The notes: generated by a model not told the origin, from the letters alone. Shown: positions 28,724 through 37,378, numbered from the stretch's first letter. The stretch: DNA of 64,000 nt from Patescibacteria group bacterium (GCA_024239055.1 JANBVJ010000001.1:65277-129276), one strand, 5' to 3'. A program made the numbers and translations.

Positions 28724-28915
28724 ATGGACTTAAAGGATTTACAAGACTTAATAAAGAAAGAAGGGGGGAAGGTGATTATTGTAGAGAATGGGGAGCCAAT
28801 CTTTGTGATAGTCCCGTATGAGGAGTATAGGTCGAAACACGGCTCTAAAGATACAGTAGAGGAGAATATCCCTGCTGACGAGGATGAGCTGACGATAGAT
28901 GACCTTCCAGTATAA
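28724..28915 (+). CDS. small Phd/YefM-antitoxin-like protein with acidic tail
   Basis: KVIIVENGEPIFVIVPYEEYRS resembles the YefM/Phd N-terminal beta-strand motif. 63 aa, with no toxin gene adjacent. Confidence 0.4.
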   Translation: MDLKDLQDLIKKEGGKVIIVENGEPIFVIVPYEEYRSKHGSKDTVEENIPADEDELTIDDLPV

Positions 28916-28922
28916 AATACCC

Positions 28923-28951
28923 TTGACGTTTTAAGTAAACAAGTGTATACT
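28923..28951 (+). promoter_or_regulatory. promoter TTGACG-N17-TATACT upstream of tuf
   Basis: TTGACG 28923-28928 and TATACT 28946-28951. Confidence 0.55.
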
Positions 28952-28994
28952 CATAATACTAAGTAATCAATAATTAAACATAAACTAAAACATT

Positions 28995-30191
28995 ATGGCA
29001 GCAGAAAAATTTGAAAGAAACAAGCCCCATGTAAATGTCGGAACCATCGGCCATGTTGACCATGGAAAGACTACATTAACGGCAGCTATTCTTCACTCTT
29101 TAAACCTATCTGGCCAGAAGGTGAAGTTAGAGAAGGTAGAAGATATTGACAAGGCTCCAGAGGAAAGGCAGCGTGGTATTACTATTGCCCTTCATCATTC
29201 AGAATATGAGACTGAGAAGCGTCACTATGCTCACATTGACGCTCCAGGACACGCAGACTATATTAAGAACATGATTACAGGGGCAGCCCAAATGGATGCA
29301 GCTATATTAGTAGTTTCCGCTCCAGACGGCCCAATGCCTCAGACACGCGAGCACATTCTTTTGGCCCGCCAGGTTGGACTTCCAAATATTGTTGTTTTTC
29401 TAAACAAGACTGATATGGTGGATGATCCTGAGATGATTGAGTTGGTGGAAGCTGAGATTCGTGAACTATTAACAAAGTATGAGTACCCTGGAGATAAAAC
29501 TCCTATTATTAGAGGGTCAGCTCTAAAGGCTTTGGAGGCTACCTCAGTGGATGACGAGAATGTAAAGGCAATTCTGGAACTTACAAAGACTTTAGACGAG
29601 TACATTCCAGAACCCGTCCGTGATACAGACAAGCCGTTCTTAATGGCTGTAGAAGACGTCTTCTCAATTGAGGGAAGAGGAACTGTAGCTACAGGAAGAA
29701 TTGAGAGAGGAACTGTTCATCCTAATGACGAAGTTGAGATTGTTGGAATCCGTGACACTTCAAAGGCTGTAGTAGTTTCAGTAGAGATGTTTAACAAGAT
29801 GTTAGACGAAGGAAGAGCCGGAGACAACCTTGGAGCTTTGCTTCGTGGATTAAAGAAAGAAGACATTGAGAGAGGACAGGTCTTGGCAAAGCCAGGTTCT
29901 ATTACTCCTCACACAGAGTTTGAGGCTGAGATTTATGTTTTGACTAAAGAGGAAGGTGGAAGGCATACTCCGTTCTTTAACGGATACAAGCCTCAGTTCT
30001 ACTTTCGAACTACTGATGTAACAGGGGATTCAGCGTTGCCTGAAGGAACTGAGATGGTAATGCCTGGAGATACAGTTAATCTTACAATTAAACTTATTGT
30101 TCCAATTGCTATGGAGGAACAGCAAAGGTTTGCTATCAGAGAGGGTGGAAAGACAGTGGGAGCAGGGGTTGTAACTAAGGTTATTAAATAA
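28995..30191 (+). CDS. tuf: elongation factor Tu
   Basis: [37 protein letters not shown]. Confidence 0.97.
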   Translation: MAAEKFERNKPHVNVGTIGHVDHGKTTLTAAILHSLNLSGQKVKLEKVEDIDKAPEERQRGITIALHHSEYETEKRHYAHIDAPGHADYIKNMITGAAQMDAAILVVSAPDGPMPQTREHILLARQVGLPNIVVFLNKTDMVDDPEMIELVEAEIRELLTKYEYPGDKTPIIRGSALKALEATSVDDENVKAILELTKTLDEYIPEPVRDTDKPFLMAVEDVFSIEGRGTVATGRIERGTVHPNDEVEIVGIRDTSKAVVVSVEMFNKMLDEGRAGDNLGALLRGLKKEDIERGQVLAKPGSITPHTEFEAEIYVLTKEEGGRHTPFFNGYKPQFYFRTTDVTGDSALPEGTEMVMPGDTVNLTIKLIVPIAMEEQQRFAIREGGKTVGAGVVTKVIK

Positions 30192-30205
30192 GCGTATGTG
30201 AATTT

Positions 30206-30237
30206 GGCGGGGGAGAGGGGACTTCTCCGCCCTTTTC
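30206..30237 (+). terminator. hairpin plus short T-run between tuf and rpsJ (partial terminator/attenuator)
   Basis: GGCGG(GGGAGA)...(TTCT)CCGCC stem 30206-30232, then TTTT. rpsJ starts 11 nt later. Confidence 0.5.
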
Positions 30238-30247
30238 ATAGAATACA

Positions 30248-30586
30248 ATGGCAGCAGCTAAAAAAAAGAAAAAAGAAGAGCAAGTATCACGGGTGAGAAT
30301 AAAGATTTCAGCCTATGACCATAAGGTCATTGATGCCTCTTCAAAGCAGATAATAGATACCTTGTTAAGGCAAGGGGTGGACGCTGTTGGACCTATTCCT
30401 CTTCCTACTGAGAAAAGGAAGTATACTGTAAACCGTTCTTCCTTTGTTCATAAGGATGCACGGGAACAGTTTGAGATGAGAACGCATAAGAGACTTATTG
30501 ATATCTTAAACCCTAACCCAAAGATTATTGATTCCCTTACAAACTTAAATCTACCTGCTGGGGTGGATATAGAATTAAAGATGTAA
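30248..30586 (+). CDS. rpsJ: 30S ribosomal protein S10 (Lys-rich N-terminal extension)
   Basis: [22 protein letters not shown]...[39 protein letters not shown]. Confidence 0.93.
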   Translation: MAAAKKKKKEEQVSRVRIKISAYDHKVIDASSKQIIDTLLRQGVDAVGPIPLPTEKRKYTVNRSSFVHKDAREQFEMRTHKRLIDILNPNPKIIDSLTNLNLPAGVDIELKM

Positions 30587-30587
30587 G

Positions 30588-30608
30588 AGCCGCCTGTTGG
30601 CGGTTTTT
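30588..30608 (+). terminator. intrinsic terminator directly after rpsJ
   Basis: AGCCGCC (30588-30594), loop TGTT, GGCGGTT (30599-30605), T-run to 30608. Confidence 0.65.
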
Positions 30609-30648
30609 ATGTAGAGTGATATAGAATATATGATGTGTGACATTTCAG

Positions 30649-30685
30649 CTTAAATATCGCCAAGAATGCATTTTTTTGGTATGAT
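30649..30685 (+). promoter_or_regulatory. copy of recurrent promoter-like motif (AAATATCGCCA-N17-TATGAT) upstream of the island operon
   Basis: TCGCCA 30657-30662, T7 tract, TGgTATGAT with TATGAT 30680-30685. 96 nt upstream of the ATG at 30782. Confidence 0.45.
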
Positions 30686-30781
30686 AAAGATATAAACCAT
30701 CGTTATTGGGAGCATGATCTTTTTGAAATAAATGTTTCAATCAAAAGAATAATTTAATAGGCTTAGGTATATTTCTGAAAT

Positions 30782-31633
30782 ATGATTTCACAAAAAATAA
30801 CATTATTTCTCGTTGATGGTCTTCCAAAAGGAATTAGATCTGCAACTATTGATCAGTGGAATGGTAAAGTGGTGGCAGGGCCAAGAAATAAAATCAATGA
30901 GACAATTGAGCTTTTTGAGAAAACTGGTGGGGGTTCGTGTATTTATTTTCTTATAGGTAAATCCAATGAAGGAGGTCTTCCTTCGGTTTATATTGGTGAA
31001 TCTGACCAGATCGTTTCGAGGATCAAACAACATGATAAAAATAAAGAATGGTGGGAGGATGCTGTAATATTTTTTAGCCCAGATGGCTCATTAACCACTA
31101 CTGGATCTAAGTATCTTGAAGCGATTTGCATTGATGGTTTGCAAACCGCTGGTAGATCGATTCTGCAAAATTCTACCAAACCAACCACGAGACAAATACC
31201 ATATGAAGATCTTAATGGTTTTCAGCATTTTTATGAAAATATTGTCTTACTACTTCCTTTGCTCGGCTATGATATTTTTGTAGGGAAAATTCATGAGAAG
31301 AAGATTAAAGGAAGTATAGTATTGTTTCTAAATAGAAAAAGTGTTAAAGCGGAAGCATTTTTAAGAGAAGATGGTCAGATACAAGTTTTGAAAGGGTCAA
31401 CTGCTGTTTCTAAGATTACTCCATCATTTGAAAAGCATCCGTACAAGTCTCTGCGCGAAGATCTAATTAAAATCGGAAAACTTGTCAGAGAAAAGGAATT
31501 TTATGAGTTTGTAGATGATTACATTTTTAATAGTGCTAGTGCTGCTGGAGCAGTTATATTGGGAAACTCTACTAATGGCACTATTGAATGGAAAAATGAA
31601 AATGGTAAGACATTAAAAGAAATTCTAAGTTAG
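30782..31633 (+). CDS. GIY-YIG nuclease-like N-terminal domain plus DUF4357-like C-terminal domain
   Basis: CIYFLIG-x11-VYIGESDQIVSRIKQH (GIY...YIG...R). The C-terminal NSASAAGAVILGNSTNGTIEWKNENGKTLKEI is typical of DUF4357. Confidence 0.65.
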   Translation: MISQKITLFLVDGLPKGIRSATIDQWNGKVVAGPRNKINETIELFEKTGGGSCIYFLIGKSNEGGLPSVYIGESDQIVSRIKQHDKNKEWWEDAVIFFSPDGSLTTTGSKYLEAICIDGLQTAGRSILQNSTKPTTRQIPYEDLNGFQHFYENIVLLLPLLGYDIFVGKIHEKKIKGSIVLFLNRKSVKAEAFLREDGQIQVLKGSTAVSKITPSFEKHPYKSLREDLIKIGKLVREKEFYEFVDDYIFNSASAAGAVILGNSTNGTIEWKNENGKTLKEILS

Positions 31634-31642
31634 AAATCATAA

Positions 31643-33007
31643 ATGAATAAAAAAAGCAGTATACAAAAAATATCAGTTATTGTTCCGAAAAATCCGTTTG
31701 TACAACCGGAGTTGCAGGGAATAAAACATTGTTTAGCAGCGTTGAATGTAGAAAAATTGATGGAGTGGTGGCCGGGTCAACCACACACTCCACATCGGGA
31801 TCCGAAAAAAGTTCTTGAGATTCAGCGATCTTTAGATTGGAAGCGAGTAGTACAGATTGCATCGTATTTACTTCAAGAAGAGATTATTGATGCTCCCAAC
31901 AAGCTCGATAAATATTTCCGAAAAATATATGAACCAAAGAAATTAGAACCTGGTCGGGAGTGGCCACCAAGAGTACAAAAAGTTGTAGGTTTTGAGAGAA
32001 GCGAATATCCAACATTCTCGAACGTACTCCTACATGTAAATGGAGCTAGTATTGAACCAATTAAGAGTAGAGTTGGCGATACAGCCAAGCTTACTTTTGA
32101 TGAAGAAAATAAAGATCTTCATTTTTCTGTAATTGATGGTCAGCATAGAATAAATGGAGCATATTTAGCAATGAAGATACGTCAGGAAAAGAAGCCACAA
32201 GAAAGATGGGAAATCCCAGCAGAGATATTCCTTGATTTGGATAAAATAAATGAACCACCACGACATCAGGCTCAGATATTTATTGATGTTAATTTTTATC
32301 AAAAAAAGGTAGATCGTTCTCTTGTAGCAGATCTGTTTCCAACTGCTCGTGGTAAAAGAGGTCCGTTAGATGATAAAGAGAGGGCTCAAGATATTGGACG
32401 TAAACTCATGCTTGAGATTGGACCATTAGTTGGTATGATCCAGATTCCTGGCATTAAATTTGGAGTGAAAGATGTCGTAACCTTAGCGACACTTAATTCA
32501 GCTATTGAAGATGTTTTAGAATCTATGACTACAGTAAATATAAATAGCCTCGAAGAACAAACGGAGTTTCTGGCACAATGTTTAGGTGCTTGGTTAGAGG
32601 CTACAGGGCGCAAACACAATATAGATATTTCAGAAAAACTCGATCCAAGTAATGTTGCATATCAAGGACGGGTGCTTGTATCATTCCTTACGCTCTTACC
32701 TGCCTGTATCTGGATATTGAAAAAGGATAATGCGGTTCTTATCTCTGATGAAGCTAAAGAGAAGCTTGTAAAATGGTTGCAAGGTCTGATGAAACGAGCT
32801 GGATTATTAGAAAAGGATAAGTTTATTGCAAAGGAAAGATTTAAGAAAAAAGGTTATCTTGGAAGTGGGGGCATTGGAAGATTTCGAGATACGCTTTGGG
32901 CGACTACTATCGGAATGAAATCAGTGACTAGACTTTCTATAGAAGAAATAAATCAGAGGGCTGAAGTAAATAAATCTAAAGTATATATGCAGTTAACACA
33001 ATCATGA
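31643..33007 (+). CDS. DGQHR domain protein (DndB-like, ParB/Srx fold)
   Basis: Literal DGQHR motif in HFSVIDGQHRINGAYLAM, with flanking QRSLDWKRVVQIASYL and IFIDVNFYQKKVDRSLVADL. Confidence 0.8.
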   Translation: MNKKSSIQKISVIVPKNPFVQPELQGIKHCLAALNVEKLMEWWPGQPHTPHRDPKKVLEIQRSLDWKRVVQIASYLLQEEIIDAPNKLDKYFRKIYEPKKLEPGREWPPRVQKVVGFERSEYPTFSNVLLHVNGASIEPIKSRVGDTAKLTFDEENKDLHFSVIDGQHRINGAYLAMKIRQEKKPQERWEIPAEIFLDLDKINEPPRHQAQIFIDVNFYQKKVDRSLVADLFPTARGKRGPLDDKERAQDIGRKLMLEIGPLVGMIQIPGIKFGVKDVVTLATLNSAIEDVLESMTTVNINSLEEQTEFLAQCLGAWLEATGRKHNIDISEKLDPSNVAYQGRVLVSFLTLLPACIWILKKDNAVLISDEAKEKLVKWLQGLMKRAGLLEKDKFIAKERFKKKGYLGSGGIGRFRDTLWATTIGMKSVTRLSIEEINQRAEVNKSKVYMQLTQS

Positions 33008-33861
33008 ATATCGATGAGCAATTTAAGGATCGATTAACTGCAACCTTTCGACCATTAAATACTGTGCCAGCAAGTCGGACATTTCCTGCTCCAGCAACGC
33101 TAGCAGATTCTTTAAGAAGAATAATTCCTCGAGCTGGTATGCCAACTAGAAGTGTTACTCCACAATTTGCAGCATATTTTGGAACCGCTGCTGTTGAAAT
33201 TTGGCACCGTAGTGTCCATAGCTTTATGATATCGGCATCACTTACCGAGGCGAGTCCTATCTGGGCATCAGTTAGTGGATATTATTCTAGTCACTATTCA
33301 GTGAGAGGTATAGCACATCTGCTTGGTTATTTTTATCTATTCACTCGTAAGATAGTAGCCAAATTGGAATTAGGTGTACGTGGTGGTTATACTTGTTCAT
33401 TTTCGAGAAGACCTCGAGATATTAGTCCTGGGGGAGAGCATCAATTGTATTGGGCTTTAGTCAAAAGAAATCCTGTTTTTATAGCCGATCCAATTTTTAC
33501 AGAAAATAGGTATGAAATAGATGAATCTGATGCTGCTCATCGAAATTTTGCAAATTATACAGATCATATTTGTAGACACCCTATTTTTCATCCATTAGAT
33601 GAACGTTCCATTAAGACACGTGTTGATCAGATTTCAAAAATAATCCTTGATGATGCACCTATTCCAAGGTTAAGTGAATTTCCTGATGTAGAATACGTAC
33701 AGTTAATTGCATACCATAGAATTGTAAGTTTTCGGAAGATTCTTGATAATGTATTGGGTGATGACAATAGATTTTGGAAGGTGCATAGGAATCCTTCGTT
33801 TGCTACGGAATTTATGGATTTTCAACTAATAGAAGGAAGTGGTCTTTCTCAACCAAGTTAA
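33004..33861 (+). CDS. hypothetical protein, translationally coupled to the DGQHR gene
   Basis: 285-aa ORF whose start overlaps the upstream stop (ATGA at 33004-33007). No confident motif. Confidence 0.5.
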   Translation: MNIDEQFKDRLTATFRPLNTVPASRTFPAPATLADSLRRIIPRAGMPTRSVTPQFAAYFGTAAVEIWHRSVHSFMISASLTEASPIWASVSGYYSSHYSVRGIAHLLGYFYLFTRKIVAKLELGVRGGYTCSFSRRPRDISPGGEHQLYWALVKRNPVFIADPIFTENRYEIDESDAAHRNFANYTDHICRHPIFHPLDERSIKTRVDQISKIILDDAPIPRLSEFPDVEYVQLIAYHRIVSFRKILDNVLGDDNRFWKVHRNPSFATEFMDFQLIEGSGLSQPS

Positions 33862-33870
33862 CATATAGAT

Positions 33871-35019
33871 ATGAAATACATGGGATCAAAACGTTATATG
33901 TTGAACAACGGTTTAGGAATGTTGATCAAGAAAAGAATTATTGACTATAATCGATTCGTGGATCTTTTTTGTGGTGCTGGCTATGTTTCTTATTTTGTTG
34001 CAGAAAATTTTTCTCTTCCTGTGCTTGCCTCGGATCTTCAAGTATATGCGACTACATTAACTGGGGCGGTTATAGAAAGAACTAGCGTAGTTAATACAGA
34101 TAAATTAGAATCCGTCTGGATAAATATAGCGGAAGGAGCATTAAAAAAATCAGAACTATATAAACGAGCGAAGCTAGTTGAATCCAGAAATGTTAATAAA
34201 ATAGAGATTCTTGTAAAAAAAAGCAGATTACTTTGTGGCTCAACTAAGAGTAATATAGGACCGATTTGGAAGGCATACGGCGGTCATTATTTTAGCCCTA
34301 CTCAAGCGCTGGCAATTGATTATTTAATTAAAAATATTCCAAGCAAATCTAAAGTAGAAAGAACTCTATGTTTGGCAGCTCTTGTTGACGCCGCTAGTAA
34401 ATGTGTGGCTTCTCCTGGACATACCGCGCAACCATTTCAACCTACTCATGGGGCCAAAAAATTTCTCTATCAATCCTGGCAACTCGATCTTTTTCAAGAA
34501 ACCAAGGAGGCCCTCAAGAAACTTTCTCAATTAAAAGCACAAAGGAGGGGTCGTGTTGTAACATGTGCAGCAGAAGATTTAATTGGGCAACTTAGTTCCC
34601 GCGATTTGATTTTTATTGACCCGCCATACTCTGGTGTTCAATATAGTCGTTTTTACCATGTATTAGAAACTATCGCTCGCAAACAGTGTGGTCTAGTTGA
34701 GGGTGTAGGAAGATATCCCTCCCTTGTAGAAAGACCTCAGTCTGCTTATAGTAACAAAAGTACATCTGGAGAAGTATTAAAAAATCTAATGGAGAAAATT
34801 GCAAGAAAGAAAGCATCTGTTATTTTTACTTTTCCTAATAAGGAGTGTAGTAATGGTTTATCTGGAAAAACAATAAAAGAGATAGTAAAGACTTGGTTCC
34901 ATATTGAAGAAGAGTGTATTCATGGGTATTTTAGCACCTTAGGGGGTAATAATAAAAAGGATAATAGACCATACAGGCAAAAATCAGAAGAGTTATTATT
35001 ATTTTTGAAACCAAGGTAA
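33871..35019 (+). CDS. N6-adenine DNA methyltransferase (D12/Dam-like, motif I before motif IV)
   Basis: MKYMGSKR N-terminus, motif I VDLFCGAGYVS, motif IV LIFIDPPYSG. Confidence 0.7.
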   Translation: MKYMGSKRYMLNNGLGMLIKKRIIDYNRFVDLFCGAGYVSYFVAENFSLPVLASDLQVYATTLTGAVIERTSVVNTDKLESVWINIAEGALKKSELYKRAKLVESRNVNKIEILVKKSRLLCGSTKSNIGPIWKAYGGHYFSPTQALAIDYLIKNIPSKSKVERTLCLAALVDAASKCVASPGHTAQPFQPTHGAKKFLYQSWQLDLFQETKEALKKLSQLKAQRRGRVVTCAAEDLIGQLSSRDLIFIDPPYSGVQYSRFYHVLETIARKQCGLVEGVGRYPSLVERPQSAYSNKSTSGEVLKNLMEKIARKKASVIFTFPNKECSNGLSGKTIKEIVKTWFHIEEECIHGYFSTLGGNNKKDNRPYRQKSEELLLFLKPR

Positions 35020-35038
35020 TATTTATAAGAATAAATCT

Positions 35039-35722
35039 ATGCCTTCTAAAACTCCTAAAAAATTGAAGGATTTTGCAACGAAACGGTTTTCAAGAATCGT
35101 CAAAGAACTTATAGAATTTCATTCAGGAAGAACGACTCTTCCTATCGGAGCGCAAAGTTGGGAAGAGTTGATTTGGGCAACTTTGGCATTCATGTATGGT
35201 CAAGATAAGGTTGACTGGGATCCACAATCTCACGAGAAAAGCGTGGATGTGAGAGTGAAGATTGGCAAACGTACACTTGCTATTTCTGCAAAAGCAGGGG
35301 TTGTCAAAAATGACACTCTCAGTATTTCTTCATATCGTCTTACAACTTTTGATAATTTGAAGGAAAAACTGCAATTTATAGAAAAACAACATAATACTTT
35401 TGACTCTTACCTAATTTGTGCACGAAAAATAACAAAAACTAGTCGTACCTATTCTGTGATAAAAACTACGCCACAAAAAATGGCGCCTCAGTGGCTTGTT
35501 GATCCAAAGAATTGGGTAAAGATGAAAACAGGTTACGAACTTAAATCCAAGTTTGATTTTTCGGCTAAGATTGTATCTAAAATGTCAGAGCAGCTCTGGT
35601 ATTCAATTCCACTAAATTATTTTTCACAAGCAGAGATTCTCGTTACTATCAGTGTACAAAATAAAGACTTAGGTAGAGGGCTACTGGATTTTCTTCAAGA
35701 AAAGTTTTCACAAAATACTTAA
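35039..35722 (+). CDS. putative restriction endonuclease (PD-(D/E)XK-like) partner of the methyltransferase
   Basis: Sits directly downstream of the MTase. Candidate core is WEELIW...SVDVRVKIGKRTLAISAKAG (E...D-x12-SxK). No family recognised. Confidence 0.4.
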   Translation: MPSKTPKKLKDFATKRFSRIVKELIEFHSGRTTLPIGAQSWEELIWATLAFMYGQDKVDWDPQSHEKSVDVRVKIGKRTLAISAKAGVVKNDTLSISSYRLTTFDNLKEKLQFIEKQHNTFDSYLICARKITKTSRTYSVIKTTPQKMAPQWLVDPKNWVKMKTGYELKSKFDFSAKIVSKMSEQLWYSIPLNYFSQAEILVTISVQNKDLGRGLLDFLQEKFSQNT

Positions 35723-35737
35723 CGGAGTAGATAAGTA

Positions 35738-37270
35738 TTAGAATAGGCGCGGTAAGCTTTTTGTCTCCAACAGCCATTTCTTTGCAATCTTGATATAGTC
35801 AGGGTTGAGCTCAAATCCTATATAAGATAGTCCTAGTTCTTTAGCTGCAACACATTCAGATCCTGTACCAACAAAAGGTACAAGAATAACAGCATCTTTT
35901 TTAGGCATTGCCGACTGTATAAGTTTTTTTGATAATTCAAGAGGTTTTTGAGTGGGGTGTTTCATAGTTTCATGGTCTTTATGTAGTTTGAGTTTTTTAG
36001 GTTCTAAAACTTTATTACATGTTTTACATATAAACCATCTTTCGTTTACACCAGCTCCCCCAGCAAGTGCTGGAATTTTAATAACGTCTCTTGGTAGTGC
36101 GCCAGACTCATGAGCTTTATATATGGTTTCTTTACCATTTGTACTAAATCTTCCTGGAGTCCCAACTCTAATTTTACCCGCAGCTCCATTTAGGAATCCT
36201 TCTGTGTAAGGTTCTCTAACGGCATCACGGTTAAAGGTTGGTTTATCTTTCCAGCAACAAATAATTGATTCATGACTTCTTTGCCAGAAATTTAAAGAAG
36301 CAACATTTTTGTTTGTGTAATGCCAAATTAACCATCTTTTATGAATAGGTATTTCAACTGATAAATATGCAAGAGTTTCACTAAATCCATAAATGAACAT
36401 TGTGCCATTTGGTTTCATAACTCGTATACATGCATCAATCCAGTTTTTGCACCATTCTATGTATTCAAAAAGTTCTCTTTTATCGGAATTATTTCCAAAG
36501 TCTTTACCAATATTATATGGTGGATCAACGATTATGATATCGCAACTATTCTTTGGTAGTTTTTTTAACTCTTTAAGTGCATCACATTGGATTATTTTAT
36601 TTAATGGTAGTTTAGTGTATTCTTTTATCTTTTTTTTAAAGATGATTTTTTTGGATGATAATTCCTTTTTATTTTTTATAATTCCAAAAACTATACCTTG
36701 TATAGTAAGATCTTGATCTTTATTAATAATAATTGGCTTCATCCGCTTATTAGCTGGCTGAAGGCGTATTTGTCCTTTTTCTTTATAGAATTTCTTTAGT
36801 GTTACTTCGTAATTATCAATTAAAGCAACTACATTTTGTCCATTTTCAGCCATGTCTTGTTGCTTGATTAAGATTACGTCTCCATCATTAATATTTTCAT
36901 TAACCATACTATTACCAGTTACGCGTAATGCGTAGAATTCACCAGATCTTGGTAATCTATTTTTTGGAACACCAATATACTCTTTATTCTCTATGGCTTC
37001 TATTGGTTCTCCTGCAGCTATAAGTCCGATCATAGGAATACGTACTAAACTAGATTCTTGTGTCTTTCCAGATATTTCTATGCCTCGTGTTTGATAGTCT
37101 AGTTTATTTATATATCCTTTTTCTTTTAGTTCATTAATATGTTCATGAACAGTTGATCTTGAGGATAGCTTAAAGTGTTTTCTAATATCTTCAAGAGAAG
37201 GGGAATACCCTTTTGACTTTATAAATCTTTCTATGTATTCAAGTGTTTCTTTTTGTTTTTTGGTTAGCAT
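35738..37270 (-). CDS. full-length LexA (wHTH + S24 autopeptidase) fused to a beta-class N6/N4 DNA methyltransferase
   Basis: aa 1-200 are collinear with LexA: Ala86-Gly87 in LIAAGEP, Ser121 in GNSM, Lys159 in EVTLKKF. aa ~220-510 have DPPY (249-252), HPTQKPLEL and VLVPFVGTGSECVAA. No stop between the halves. Confidence 0.85.
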   Translation of the reverse strand: MLTKKQKETLEYIERFIKSKGYSPSLEDIRKHFKLSSRSTVHEHINELKEKGYINKLDYQTRGIEISGKTQESSLVRIPMIGLIAAGEPIEAIENKEYIGVPKNRLPRSGEFYALRVTGNSMVNENINDGDVILIKQQDMAENGQNVVALIDNYEVTLKKFYKEKGQIRLQPANKRMKPIIINKDQDLTIQGIVFGIIKNKKELSSKKIIFKKKIKEYTKLPLNKIIQCDALKELKKLPKNSCDIIIVDPPYNIGKDFGNNSDKRELFEYIEWCKNWIDACIRVMKPNGTMFIYGFSETLAYLSVEIPIHKRWLIWHYTNKNVASLNFWQRSHESIICCWKDKPTFNRDAVREPYTEGFLNGAAGKIRVGTPGRFSTNGKETIYKAHESGALPRDVIKIPALAGGAGVNERWFICKTCNKVLEPKKLKLHKDHETMKHPTQKPLELSKKLIQSAMPKKDAVILVPFVGTGSECVAAKELGLSYIGFELNPDYIKIAKKWLLETKSLPRLF

Positions 37271-37292
37271 AATTTGCAGTATATTATTCTAT

Positions 37293-37312
37293 CTGTTATT
37301 ATACCCGTACAG
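37293..37312 (-). promoter_or_regulatory. CTGT-N12-ACAG dyad overlapping the -10 of the lexA-MTase promoter (candidate operator)
   Basis: The minus strand reads CTGTACGGGTATAATAACAG. The arms match E. coli SOS-box half-sites, but the spacing is 12 rather than 8. Confidence 0.3.
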
Positions 37313-37326
37313 AAGCAGGACATCAA
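37298..37326 (-). promoter_or_regulatory. promoter TTGATG-N17-TATAAT for the lexA-MTase gene
   Basis: On the minus strand, TTGATG is the complement of 37321-37326, followed by a 17-nt spacer and TATAAT (complement of 37298-37303). Confidence 0.55.
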
Positions 37327-37378
37327 GGATGCCTGTGGAAAATTAAAGGTCGCTGAAAAATGCTATTTAATTAAATTT

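Noticed and set aside
33004-33861. Possible HEPN (Rx4-6H) motif in the 285-aa island protein (AAHRNFANYTDH, VRGIAHLL)
   Set aside because: The spacings are Rx7H and Rx3H, not canonical, and no second HEPN helix pattern is visible. The protein is left as unknown.
37274-37378. ORF-track N-terminal extension (non-ATG start at 37274) of the small basic ORF
   Set aside because: The extension would run through the divergent lexA-MTase promoter and operator, and the encoded sequence is hydrophobic junk. Only the ATG at 37379 is plausible, and even that ORF is low confidence.
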